From Veleropilina oligotropha (lineage: Eukaryota), in contig JBEUKZ010000046.1 of assembly GCA_048128005.1 (NCBI GenBank), positions 62,001-126,000 on the forward strand: a stretch of 64,000 bases of DNA, in the 5' to 3' direction. Both the position numbers and the translations under genes were made by a program. This document shows positions 26,934 to 39,622 of this stretch, one piece after another; position 1 is the stretch's first letter, and each line of letters begins with the position of its first letter. The notes below the pieces were generated by a model. It made no database searches, was not told where the DNA came from, and worked only from the letters and a program-made list of their open reading frames with translations.

Positions 26934-29900
26934 TCAATTTGGAAGAACAAGCATCATCATCTTCCTATCGATAAATTTGACCACGATGTTGGCATCAGTA
27001 AAGCACCAATATGAAATCAAGATGACTTTCATTTTGTTGGTCATCCGTTTACATCCTGGTCGAATAGTACTAACCATGGGTACATGCGAACCACAGGTAC
27101 TTATATCTTTATAAATGTATGTACGCCTACTTTAGAAATACACAAATGCAATTAATCTCTTTTAATGTCATAAAATGTACTGTTTTGCAGATCATGAGTT
27201 ACATGTCCGCTAAAATGCAATAGATTCCAGTGCTATTTTTTTTTGGTATTTGACATATCGTGGTAAGGAATTATCCGATGATCCCCCAACATTATCGGTC
27301 ATTCATAGACAACTAGGACAGTAAAGTAACCAAAATCTTCGAACACCGTCATCGGAGGGGGGGGGGGGCAGTTGTACAATAATTTAAAAATATATCCGCC
27401 ATTTGGATCATTATTTATAGCTTAAATTCATTATAACATTATTGTCATGATTTATAAACCATATAAATGTTGTCCTGTGCAGTCGTATTTCCGCATGCAG
27501 TTGCCTACTCAATCACTATCGCAACTACTTATTTTGTGTGACAGTCACATATCATGTGATTACTCGTTACCCCAGCATTAATTTCATTTCAAACTAGAAA
27601 CGACGGATATTAAACGTAGTTAATCTGGAGCTGAGCAGAGAACTGGTATATACAGGGGATCATATTTTCGTGAAATACGAGGTGATACGTGGGTATCCAG
27701 GTGCAGGACGGGTGTGGAAACGCACTTGAAGCGGCATTGAAGCTACTCCATGAAATGTTTTCTTGCCTTTAATTATTAAATAAAAAAAAGAAAAGAAATT
27801 GAACGATGAAAAATCCAATGATAAGATCCACGATAAGATAATAATAACGTCGAATACTTGACAATGCTGAAATTTTCAACAAATATGGAAAATATCAAAA
27901 TTACGGCCGTGAGACCTTTAAGATTCTTTATTTTCCAGATTAAAAACACCTTACAAAATAATATTATATTATATAATTTGACAATATCGCGATCACGAAA
28001 GCAAAGGTTTTGCCGGTGCATGATGTGAAATAGTGTAAAGTTCTGTTAACGTCTTAAAACTGAAACAATAGCGTACAATGTATATTGCGAAGTAACAATG
28101 ATTTATTGGATCGACGAAATTTATAGGTAAGAAGTAATCATGACTTATAAGTTACTCTCCAACAAAAATACAACTGCGAGAGAGAATTCATTATACGCAT
28201 ACAAGTAACGTCGACAGAATGTGCGTTGCGCGTATCTTGGTTTTGACTCGGTACGCTTTAACTATTTTTTAACATATTTAAGTTCAATGAAACAACTGTG
28301 GGATCAAGCAAACGAGTGTTCACTTTCATTAAACATAAAACATAATTATATTATACCAAGATATTGAAGAATAACCCTGCATTTATCATTATAACTGCTA
28401 TTTATATATATACACTGTTTGCACCGTCGTCTTCGTGTTATTCTTGAGACAAATAATTGGTTCTCGAATGCAGCAAAACCAAACTATGACAACATTTGCG
28501 CAATGCTGTTTGGACAAGACATGCACTCTAGTAGCCGAAGCGCATATCAGATTACCAATAGTTGAACCCATTATTATACAGAACAGAGCGACTGAAATCA
28601 ATCCATAATAGCTTCTCTTTGTCTCATCAGATTCGCAAAATAGAAGATTCCCTTTGGGCACTTATTCCGACAAACTGGTGATAGAGTGGACTGCTGGGAT
28701 TCACGCGAATACACCATCATCCAAAGGAGTCACGTAGACTCCGAAGCTAAGAGTAGCCAAGTGGAATTCTACAACCGATCCACGATGCGTCGATCGTCAA
28801 GTGTCAATAAGTGAATGCTGTAAAATATTAAAACACAGCAGATACAGAAGCTATCGCGCCGATGCTATAGTACAGAAAAGCTGTCATATTAGTCCCAATA
28901 GACGTCTAATTAAATGACGGAGGATCACACCGTAAACGTCTCGCTGAGTGGCGCCATCGAGTGAAGTTCCTCTCATTCAAAAAGGGATTAACTGATTCAT
29001 CTAACATAATGAAATAGCACTATAAGTCTTGTTGTCGAATGGTAATATCTTTAATTATATATCACTCATATGACGTCAACATTATATATTTCATATCCAT
29101 TGCTCCATTTGTTGCAACTAATTACCATAATGTCAGATAATGAACTCCATCACGAAGCACGATATAATGATGTGAAATATGAGAACGGTTTTCGGTAATG
29201 AATGTTGTATCACAGAGTTGGCGGCAACGTTCCTAAAGTGATAATCTCGTGCATGGTCATATTTTACTCGCATGAATTAACATGTACTCTCAAATAATTG
29301 ATGACAAATAGTGAGCTACACATCTGAAACCTGGTCCATTTTAAACAACTTTATTCAGATTGTCAGACACTATCATGTGGTTGTTGATCTCTCAAAAGAC
29401 TAAAATAGTAAATGTTTATTCGGTTTAAGTCAGTTCTGATTTCTTTAAACATCAAAGTTATATCATTATGATTCGTAAGCTCAATTTGATATTAAATCAC
29501 CGATTGAACTATTTTAAAACACATTCAAATGATACCGCAAGTGAAGGTAGCGGTAGGTCATAAAGATCACATTATGCGGTTATTTATAATAATGCAATTA
29601 CGTTACCATATCGGCTTGTGTGCGATTAACTGTAGAGATTCGGCATTGACTTTCATTTGAATCGAATCAAATTTGAGATCTTGCTGAGATATAAGCATCA
29701 TTGATACGCAATGATGTCCTTAAAATGCATTTGACTACAGTGTATTCCTGAACTGATGAAAACAACGACCAATTGACATTTCAAATATAGATTTAGTAAG
29801 ACTATGTAAACGCGAATATAGATTTAGTGAGATAATGCAAACAATTGCGCAATGCAATAAGATCAATTAATCAAGCTCATAACCAATTCCAAGGACAAAT

Positions 29901-31796
29901 GAACAGATGTTCTGCGGACTTCATCGCGCAGTGTCAATTGAGAAACATGACTGCGCACAAATGGTTAAATACTATTGGCACCGAGGAGGAACTGTGCTGC
30001 AATAATATTGCTCGAATGAAAGTAGATGCATATACGAGATAGTACATCACATCAAACATAAGATGGTCATTTGCAAAGCGTATCAGTGCACACAACGTCT
30101 TGGCATTCAACGGTCGCTTTTCTGACCTTTCCTGACAACGAAAAGATGTGCGTCATAGAATTGCAATATAATTACTGCATCTTTGAATTGAGATAAGCTT
30201 TTGAAGATATATGTAGATTATTGAGAATAGCGCATTACATCGGCTGAATTTGTGAAAGTTTTGATTTACACAGTAGCAATATGGAAACATTATACTGAAT
30301 ACGCAATAAACAGACCGACCGAGTAGAAGGCAAACATATATATATCACCAGTTTATCCGCTCTGCCAGGAAAGACGTTGGCCGCGATGTTGTCTACGCAT
30401 GCGACTTGTAGTTGCGTATATGCGAATTACGCACAAAGGAATGGTTATGTGGTCAGCCGTCTGCTGACGTGTTTGTATTTGATTGAAGGACAAAGAACGT
30501 ACTTATGATGAAAATTGCCATTTTTATTCGGTCAATGGATCACAGCTAAACGAAACTGGTAGTTGGAATCAATCGCGTTATTGAATGACATTTCTCGATA
30601 TGTAATTATTGCTTTCCAGTTCTGTTACAACACCACATTACACAGCGTCAAGGGAAGTTAATATTTTAGATCGTTTGCAGTTAAATATGACAATTCACGT
30701 TAGAATTATATATGACCAAAGTCGGTGGTCTGGTACGATCTTGATATCGGCCTGAAGCTACGTTATATTCCAAGATTGAGTGCCGTAATTGATAGATCCC
30801 GAGTTGATTAAAACGAATTGACCAAATAATAGCTGCGGTGATGCAACAAGGTCGAAAAAAGACCCGCATATGCAACCGGTGCACCAGTAATTGCAATCAA
30901 TTTGAAATATTTCTCATTATCGTTAAGTCACGTGCATGCGTATAAATATTCATAATCGAAATTGGAATATAGCGCTTCAGAGACAATGCACGACGCTCGA
31001 GGCGTGTCATAATGGCGTGTAAACGATGCAAATCATATCACGGTTATGGTCTCCTGGGCATTTGGATACTGTGGATCCCACTTTTATTTATAATTTAACA
31101 GAAAGTAGCGAGAAATTGACATGATTTAGAAGATGTCTCATTTTGCGATTGCAAATTCAAACAGGCCGAGTGATTGATTTCGAATTAGCCTAACATGCAT
31201 CATTTGCCATATACTACATTTGCTTCTATATAACTGCCATATACTATATTTAATTTCCAGTACGATGGGTACTGGGTGTGGTTGCTTATGATTACGTCTC
31301 ACCGAATAAGATTTTGAACATAGGCCGAGGCTCGGTCATCAGAAAAACGATTGCCACCTTTCAATGTTTTTTCATATATATGTTATATCCCCTGTTATAG
31401 GAATTATTAAAATATTTATCTTGACAGCACCTGTTAACAAATGTCATCACATTTATAATAACATCCGATTATACCCGAGCGGTAGCTGTTAGTTTTAATA
31501 GAGACCCTTGGACGTATTTTGAAAGTATCAGGAGGCAAGAGGAAGGGCAATACAACTTAATCAATCAAACCCAAGACTATGGTTGCTGAGGAATTTTTTG
31601 GATTTTAGGGTCTCAAATCAAAAGCCCACAGCATTTTGGATGATAGTTCTCTGAGATAAATAAATTCTTCATCAACTGACTGGCCAGTCGAACAAATCCT
31701 TGTATTACCCTTTGCTATATTTCTAGCATTTTCATTGGTCATTCGATATTCTGTAACTTTCCGTATTGTACCGTAATGTCAAGCTGCTGCCAAATA

Positions 31797-31930
31797 AGGG
31801 ATGATCACGTGATGTTGAGAGGAAATACGGGATTATCACGTGATGGTGGGAGGAAATACGGGATGATCACGTGATGTTGAGGAGTAATACGGGATGATCA
31901 CGTGGTGTTGAGGGGTAATAAGGGATGACG
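31797..31930. repeat. ~31-bp degenerate tandem repeat, about 4 copies, carrying CACGTG
   Basis: GGGATGATCACGTGATGTTGAGAGGAAATAC-like units. Confidence 0.85.
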
Positions 31931-32167
31931 TTGTTATAGTATTTTCGTTATGAAACAATAACCTATTACAAATAACCTGAACATCACTATCTATTTTTAT
32001 AAAGATGCAAATAAGGCAATCAATTCGTTATACTGGCTTTTGACAGGGTGTACGGGATTTTATCACCCTCCAAATAAATACGGAATTTTGTATAACTAAT
32101 AGAATAATGTTCCATCCCCTTCATTCATCCGCTGCCATGAGATATCTTTTCGGCGGTCCCATGACAA

Positions 32168-32435
32168 GGAAAGGATCGATGCTTTATGTCCTGTATATTT
32201 CCAACAATCATTTCGTTCATAGAAGGACATGTCCATATTCTCGCGGGAGGAAACCCAGGTCGCCCGGGGAAACCCGCCCTCTCGGACCAGTTACAGACAA
32301 CTGTAAATCATAACTTGAACAAATAATGTCATGTCCCAGCCGAGGCTTGAACCCACTACTGGTCGCGTTAACGGAATCAAGCCGGTGCTTTTTCGGAGCC
32401 CACAACCGATACCACACGACCGTCGAGGCGGCCGC
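32168..32435 (-). mobile_element. Full-length SINE copy
   Basis: Family body, with an 11-bp TSD TCCCATGACAA at 32157-32167 and 32436-32446. Confidence 0.85.
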
Positions 32436-33629
32436 TCCCATGACAAAGACTACAAGTTTATGAAGAACACAGCAACGCTCGAATCCTGTCAACAGTGGAG
32501 TGGGTACAATATTAAACAATCTCGGAGATCTGATATGATCATAAAGCCAAAATTGGTCTTCTTCCCGTTGGTCGATAAGATCCTGAATCCTCATCAACTG
32601 TACTCGCAGGAATATATTTAACGTAGATCAGAACCTAATAAGGTCGCGGTAGATACCCTTTCCACACTCTTTCCTATACATTTGCAAGACTTTCCTTTGC
32701 AACTAGCAACAGTGAAAGCCATGCTATCCTACTTTGCATACGTGTCTCGTTCTTCATCCACTACGTAGACTGGCTGTGATCTTCCTTTCTTTCAGCGGAT
32801 CCAAAACTCGATTTTCACTGACCTGTCGAGTCAACATACAGTATATATGCGCCTTGGTCATGGACAAGGAGGAAAAACAAATGTTGCTGTCAATGATATT
32901 CACGTGATGATGGGGCACTCAGCTCGCCCTTTGCGCCGAGGTCTGTGCCAATCTCAACAAAACTTTCAAGAATGACCCCCAGCTTCCAATTTTCACAATA
33001 AGGGGTCAACAAAAAGAATTGCCGATGATAAAAATGACACCGATGAGAATTTGTCACATGTATACCTTGTCTGCTTTGCACACATGCAGTATCGGTACGT
33101 CGGATGAGACGTCAAGTCGATGATATGACAACCGATACGAGAGAAATAATGTTAAAATGTGGTCATAAAACTAAATTAATTCAAATCAAATCAATATGAC
33201 AGGGATAGCATAAGAAAGTTCCCTTCACTCACTAGCCACTGGTCCCCCGGATCCCGACAAGCACCGATAAAATATTCAACATTGTCATAACTGAGACGCA
33301 ACATGGTCATAAAGCTGTGGATATTGACTGAAAATGGTTCAGAAAAGACCACTGGCTATGCGTGATCGGAAGAAGCATGTCGTTCTTGTTGGCCAGAGGT
33401 TTCATGATCATGAAAGTATTTATACGAGGACCATAGGCCCGCTTTCAGGCAATCGATCAGTATAAATATATGCCCGAGCACAGAGTTTGCTAACATGTGG
33501 TATATCTGTTAGTTTTAATAGAGATACTTTTTTGGGAAAGTGTGGACAGTAACGTGAAAGGACAACTTTACCACAACCATTTAAAAGCATGCGCATGCGT
33601 GAAGGTCCATCAAGTTTAGGGTTCATCAT

Positions 33630-34605
33630 ATACAATTATGGACTTTTGCGGTGGTGAATATGATGTGATATGAACCTAAAAAAACTTATATTGACCGAGG
33701 CGATAGCCGATGTCTATATAACTATTTTAGGTTCATATCACATCATATTTACCACTGCAAATGTCCATAATTGTTTTATTATATACTTCAACAGCATACA
33801 TATCTGTTCTCCAAATATAATTGTCCATTAAAAGTTCCATTATGTCAACAAGAAATATACCACACTAAACTATAGTTTGCAAAGTTCAAAATGCGATTTT
33901 CCAAAACAATTGGCAATTATTTAACAATAAAATAGTAATGAACTGCATATTAACATAAAGATAAACGGCGCTCTTTCGGTACTTCCCCCACAGCTCCGGC
34001 TTTTACTCAACTTTGGAAATCCGGTTTTTCATCTCCGACTTTGGACGCGTCGTTAATGTTAAATCCATGGGGACTAGCAACAGGTGAACATCGGTCAGTC
34101 CAGGCTCACGGGGCGGTCCGGTGTATATACGTTTGTAAAGCCAATACAACTACGTACCCATCACGTGTATCTTATCGCAAGCTGCATTTGCCTTTAGTAG
34201 CAGATAATACGTGGAGTGTGAACATTTAAGACGAATACAAGCCGGAGCTCCTTAAATATGTATAAAAGCCGGAGCTGTGGGGGAAGTACCGAAAGAGCAC
34301 CAAATAAACAATATATCGCAGTATGCCAATGTGTTTAATCATCAGAAAATGAAGAAAAACAAACCGTCGTTTCAAATGTGTCAACAATTGTGGTCGTCTG
34401 CAATTGACATCAGCTAGAGTCGCCAGTGCAATTCGATGGAAATCGACATATAAAGGGGCGTTCCGCAAAGCATATTTGGAAAGTTCATATTCACCAGTTT
34501 CTTTCATATTGACCAAAAAACTGGTCAATATGATATTTATGGACTAGTCACGTGTATATGATCCGGCCAATGAGAGTGCGTTTAATTAGAAAGTATATAA
34601 TAATA
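33630..34605. mobile_element. Non-autonomous Crypton-like element
   Basis: Long terminal hairpin ~33633-33773 around CCGAGGCGATAGCCG, followed by TTATTATATA. The far end is TATATAATAA. An internal inverted pair lies at ~33972-34004 and ~34263-34297. Confidence 0.6.
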
Positions 34606-34889
34606 ACAATTATATCCACGACAATAGTCGGGAATACACTGTGTACTCTTGTATCTGTTCTGCCGGCACATCCCCAGAGATTTCTGGTATGCACTCTACA
34701 GTCATCACTTAAAATCCGATTTGTTTGGAAGTCGATATGCTCAATTGTTATGATGTGGTCATGACGACCTAACAATTTTGGTCATTTACAGATTTAGATG
34801 GCCGCCATGGGTTTTGGGCTCGAGGCCTTTGCTAGTTTATTATGTGGAGCTTATATTTACCGGGCAGATATTTACTCTAGTCCATCAGA

Positions 34890-35107
34890 TATGATGGATT
34901 GATACCTGTATGCAACCATATATTTACAACCATCAGGTTCAAGGCAGGACATACTATCGCAGGAGACAAATTCAGTCGCCAGGGGAAACCCGCCCTCTGG
35001 CCAGTTACAAACAACTGCGATAGATAACTGAACAAAGAATGTTAATGCCCCAGCCAAGATTCGAACCGACACCTGTTCGTTAGTGCAATCGAGCCAGTGA
35101 TTTCAGA
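34890..35107 (-). mobile_element. Diverged SINE copy
   Basis: TTTACAACCATCAGGTTCAAGGCAGGAC...GGAAACCCGCCCTC...CCAGTGATTTCAGAG. Confidence 0.7.
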
Positions 35108-35439
35108 GTAATAAAATATGGATTCTGATGGATGGCTTAATATTTTGGCCATCAAATTGATCATCGCTACATGGAAAATAAAAGAACCAGGCATATGGTA
35201 ATAAATATACTCACAGCTAATTTGGATATCTGAATCATTTCCTCAGTAGTTGACATGGGCAGAACCTGAAAGACTATTCCAAATAACAACAGAACAGCGT
35301 CAAAGAATTCTGGATGTGTTTTCTGGTGGTCAGAATGTGGATGGCCTGGCCAAGATCGTGCAGTAGTTTTATCCAGTAACCATTTTTAGTGCCAAAAGTG
35401 GTACTACTCAATGGCAATTCATGGTGCACCAATAGTATG

Positions 35440-35487
35440 AATCCTTACCGGTTTCGACCATAAAATTTGGTCTTCATCAGAGGAATG
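35440..35487 (-). ncRNA. Minimal type I hammerhead ribozyme motif (Penelope/retrozyme type)
   Basis: Minus strand reads ATTCCT-CTGATGA-A-GACCA-AATTTTA-TGGTC-GAAA-CCGG-TA-AGGAT. This gives the conserved CUGAUGA and GAAA cores, a 5-bp stem II, a palindromic minimal stem III (ACCGGT), a GUA cleavage triplet and a TCCT/AGGA stem I. Confidence 0.75.
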
Positions 35488-36124
35488 TGATGTCTGAGTT
35501 CTAGAAGATGCTGGGTCCTTATAGACCCTCTGAAGATGTGATCCTATATTATCCGGTGTAGGCAAAGGGATCCGGTTGATGTCCGGTAGTTACCCAGGGT
35601 AGTTCAGGGCTTATCCAGTGGTTGTCTGAACCCTAATCAGCATTAGCATGGCTGTTATCCACTGGTTCACAATTATCCACAAGTTATCAGGTTAGTGTGG
35701 ATAATGAAGATTGGGAGCTGTGCTAGTGTTGTCTAGCTATATTAGAAAGTAGTGATTATTTTGTGTGTAGTGTAGTAGGCTATTTGCGTGATGAATCCAT
35801 CATTACCAATTCAAACGTTGCTTTAAAACCTTGTACGTTGATAAATACTAAATAAATTGGATACCGTTATTTACTACCTTTTGTAATGTCAGTCATTATT
35901 GAAGGTAATCAGCAATAAGCGGCTTAATGTTGGTATTGATGAATGAACATTGCCCTCAAATGTCTTCCTTATCTATATGTAAATGTTATAAAAACTTTTG
36001 ATGATTCAAAGTGAAAGAATCGATATTGTTTCTTGTTTTATAATAACTAGAGGTATAATCCTCATACAGGCCCGCCTTTTGGATATATAAATCCATAGAG
36101 AGGAAAATAATCAATAACTCTATA

Positions 36125-36510
36125 TCTTCAAAGTGCCATCTGGAACGGAAATACACGAAAATGACCTTGACCTTTGACCCAGAGACTCCATTTTTGAACT
36201 TAACCAAGGCCTGATGGTATACAAGGTGCATACCCAAGATGAAAGCTGTAGGTCCAGCGGTTCATCTTCTATGTGACAGAAGCAATCTTCGAAGTGCCAG
36301 AACGGAAATACACGAAAATGACCTTGACCTTTGACCCAGCGACCCCATCTTTGAAATTGGGCTAGGCCTGATGGTATATAAGATGTATACCAAATATGAA
36401 AGGAGTAAGTCCAGCGGTTCATCTTCTATGTGACAGAAAGCATCAGGCGACGGACGACGGACGGACGCCAGTCCACGGCTATAGCCCTGCCTTTAGAAGG
36501 CGGGCCAAAA
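36125..36510. mobile_element. HINE-like element with two ~160-bp internal repeats
   Basis: Duplicated unit (GAACGGAAATACACGAAAATGACCTTGACCTTTGACCCAG...), a GGAC microsatellite and a terminal CCCTGCCTT-AAGGCGGG hairpin. Confidence 0.7.
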
Positions 36511-38144
36511 ATCACTGCTGAAATCGGTACTCGTCGCTGAAATCGTTCGATCTATCTGCCATTATAATTTGTGCAATTCCCAAATTTGACCTTTGACGAA
36601 TGAGACGACTCGTCCATTTTCTATCGAAACATGCAGACGCTACGTCAAATACGAATAATTAATTTATCTAAGTAGTAATTATTAAGTTTGCAGCTCAACT
36701 GTCCACAAAGCCTAAGTTAACTTCGACAGTGCCCAACTTCATGAAATTCACTTCGACGAACGTGAGTCACTCAAATATAAAACCGGGTCCTGGTTTTATT
36801 ATTTTTTACTTTTAATTCGTAGGCGCTTCAGTGACTGTCTATAGCATTTTTTGAAAATTGAAAAGTTTCTAATGTTAGCCAATTGGCAAAAATAAATTTG
36901 CGGTCTAGGGTTTAAAATTAAAAGTTTTTCGCTACTTACGGGTAATGCAACTTTAATGAATACACGAAACAGCTATATGCGCGAGACCACAATGTGAGGG
37001 TGGAAACAGCTCCGATGAGGATCATCAGGATTAGAGAGAATTGCAAAAAATGCAATGATGCTTGGTCAAGAAGTTCTTTATTCTGTGTGAATAAAAAAAC
37101 TGAATTGAAATGAACGAGTTGCTTGAATTCGATAGTTGAAACGATGAAAATGTATACGCATAATTGGCATATGTCTGCATGTTAAATAGTAAATCGAACT
37201 CATAGTTGAAATTTCAAACTTTTATTGAATATTACATTCACTTCAAGAAATGTTCGTTTGTGATGTGCCAAGCTGGACATTCTATTTATGCATAATTCAT
37301 TCATCTCAAGGAAGCATTATCCATAATGACGCAAGCATTTGATTTGAAACAAAAACTGTTTCCTCAGCAGCCATTGTATTGCATTTGGTTGGATTAACTA
37401 AATACATGTTGATATCAATGGTTCATAAGTTATGTCATATGGAAACCAAAAGCCCGCATCATTATGTATGATGCTTCTCTAGTCTGTAATATATTATTTT
37501 AAATGTCAATAAATGCTGATATCTATGTTTCAGAAGTCATCTCATATGGAAATTAGTATCATGTATAAGTATCATGACAGGAATGTCAGGGGACATCCAG
37601 TAAAATTCACCTACCTCCACCACATGGTTATATATGAACTCTAGTCACTGATCAATTTACATCTTCCATTGGCATTGAACCCACACTGTCAACCGAATGG
37701 ATGGACCGTTCTCCACATACCAGCATCACTGTTTCCACAGTGGCGTGATGATCCTTAAGTATAGGAAATGTACTCACTATCTAATGATTTCTATAAATGA
37801 AGTCATTATCATCTGGGTTTTGTATGGATATGGACATCCATAATCGCACCCACGTCTCTTTGGCTGGATCTTGACCAGATTGGTGTGTGATTGGTTGAAA
37901 TTACAGGTATTAAGTGAAATGCATTTCATTGTTTTGTTCTTAAATCCAATGCAACAAATGTATTTTGCCAGTTATCATCAATGGTTGGACTTCGCAATAA
38001 TAAACAAGATCCAGGTATATTCATTTAATACTAGCAATAAACCATTTGCAATGAATAAAAAAAAAAGTTTTTTAGTATCTAAATTTCATTTAATTTTCAC
38101 AGCTTTTTTAATCGAACTCCATTTACTCTACTACACTTCTGTTC

Positions 38145-38150
38145 TTTATT
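38145..38150 (-). promoter_or_regulatory. Candidate polyadenylation signal AATAAA of POLD2 (alternative at 37221-37226)
   Basis: TTTATT on the plus strand ~130 nt past the stop codon. Which signal is used is unknown. Confidence 0.4.
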
Positions 38151-38282
38151 GTAACACACCATAATTTATATGTCGCATCAAAAGACTGGAGTATAAAATA
38201 TCAGGAATATTTCGTCCAATTTTAAGAGAAATTTGATCTCAATATCTTTAAACTGGTTGCATTCTTCATCCTACATAATGAA

Positions 38283-38440
38283 TCATTTATCCACTTCAGG
38301 GCTCTCGTGACTGTCTGGTGCAAAGTTCGCTTCAAATGACATAGGATGGCAGTCGAGTGTCTTCAAGTTGACCAAAACGCAGGCATTGGTTTCACTGAAT
38401 CTCGGAATGGTGATCAGCAACACTTCCTGTCCCAAAGGGC
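38283..38440 (-). CDS. POLD2: DNA polymerase delta subunit 2, last coding exon
   Basis: Encodes (G)PLGQEVLLITIPRFSETNACVLVNLKTLDCHPMSFEANFAPDSHESPEVDK*, matching the POLD2 C-terminus (human [36 protein letters not shown]). Preceded by the acceptor TTTTCTTGCTCTTCTTCAG (phase 1). Stop TGA at 38285-38283. Confidence 0.92.
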
Positions 38441-39422
38441 CTGAAGAAGAGCAAGAAAATATGATATAAGGATAGGCAAACGAGCAAAAATCCCGGGACC
38501 AATACTCGAGGGGGTGTATCTCCTCATATCTCTGCAACTGCCATCTTGAATCTGTAAATGAACAAAATCGTTCTACTTGTCGAATAAAATTAATTCAAGG
38601 GAAATAACTCGGATTTATGCTTGTTCGATATCGCTGGTTATCGAACTTGTCCCAGATTTTATCATCGGAAACATCCTTAACAAGTTTGGTGAAGAAAGGG
38701 TGAAATTCGCACATAATTCAAGGGTCACAACTTCAAGTTCAAATGAACCGATGACGTAGAAAATCATCAGGTGTCGTGACATCAACATAATGAATGTGCA
38801 TCTAAAATTTCAAGCAAATAAGACTAAAACTGTTGACTGTCGAGTGCATACAAGGTATCTCTGCGGATGCGGCGATACAATCATGCATTCGTTGTACACT
38901 CATGGAAATAAGTGCAAATAGGTTAATAGGTTGAATTGGGGAAATAGTCTCAATAAACGTACTCATATCTGTCATTTAATGACAACTCATTATACTAGTA
39001 GTTATATGCTTAGGTAAACATAGATTCATATACTGTATAATACACATAATAAAACATGCTATAAAAAGGAAAAGCACTTACATTTTTGCATATTGGGTTC
39101 AACTATATTTGAACTGACCTTGAACACATTTAGAATTTGAAATATAGCTACTTGGAAAAACTGTCTGTCACTAATGATTCACTTGACATTCAACATTCAA
39201 TTTCTAAAGAACTATAAGCCATCTAACACTATCCTGCCATCATGCATTACTTATATATGTATAAGCAAAATTGATGTGCACGTCATTTAAACTACACCAT
39301 TGATGCATCGTTATAATCACGGGTATTATATACAATTAGATAAGATATTTTCAACAAATAAAACTCAAGGTGTAAATCATCCCTAATTCCTGATATACCG
39401 GGTACTGTTAACTGTGGTCAGT

Positions 39423-39622
39423 GTCATACCAGGGCAAGTCCATAATTATTATCGCAGGAGAAAAGCCTGGTTGTCATACCATGGCAAATCCATAATTATT
39501 ATCGCAGGAGAAAAGCCTGGTGGTCATACCAGGGAAAGTCCATAATTATTATCGCAGGAGAAAAGACTGGTCGTCATAACAGGGCAAGTCCATAATTATT
39601 ATCGTGGGAGGAAAGCCTGGTC
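39423..39622. repeat. 50-bp tandem repeat, 4 copies, derived from a SINE body
   Basis: Units start at 39423, 39473, 39523 and 39573, then run into SINE-like sequence to ~39665. Confidence 0.85.

Noticed and set aside
38441..38537. N-terminal part of the 84-aa ORF containing the POLD2 match
   Set aside because: Intronic read-through upstream of the splice acceptor; only 38283-38440 resembles POLD2.
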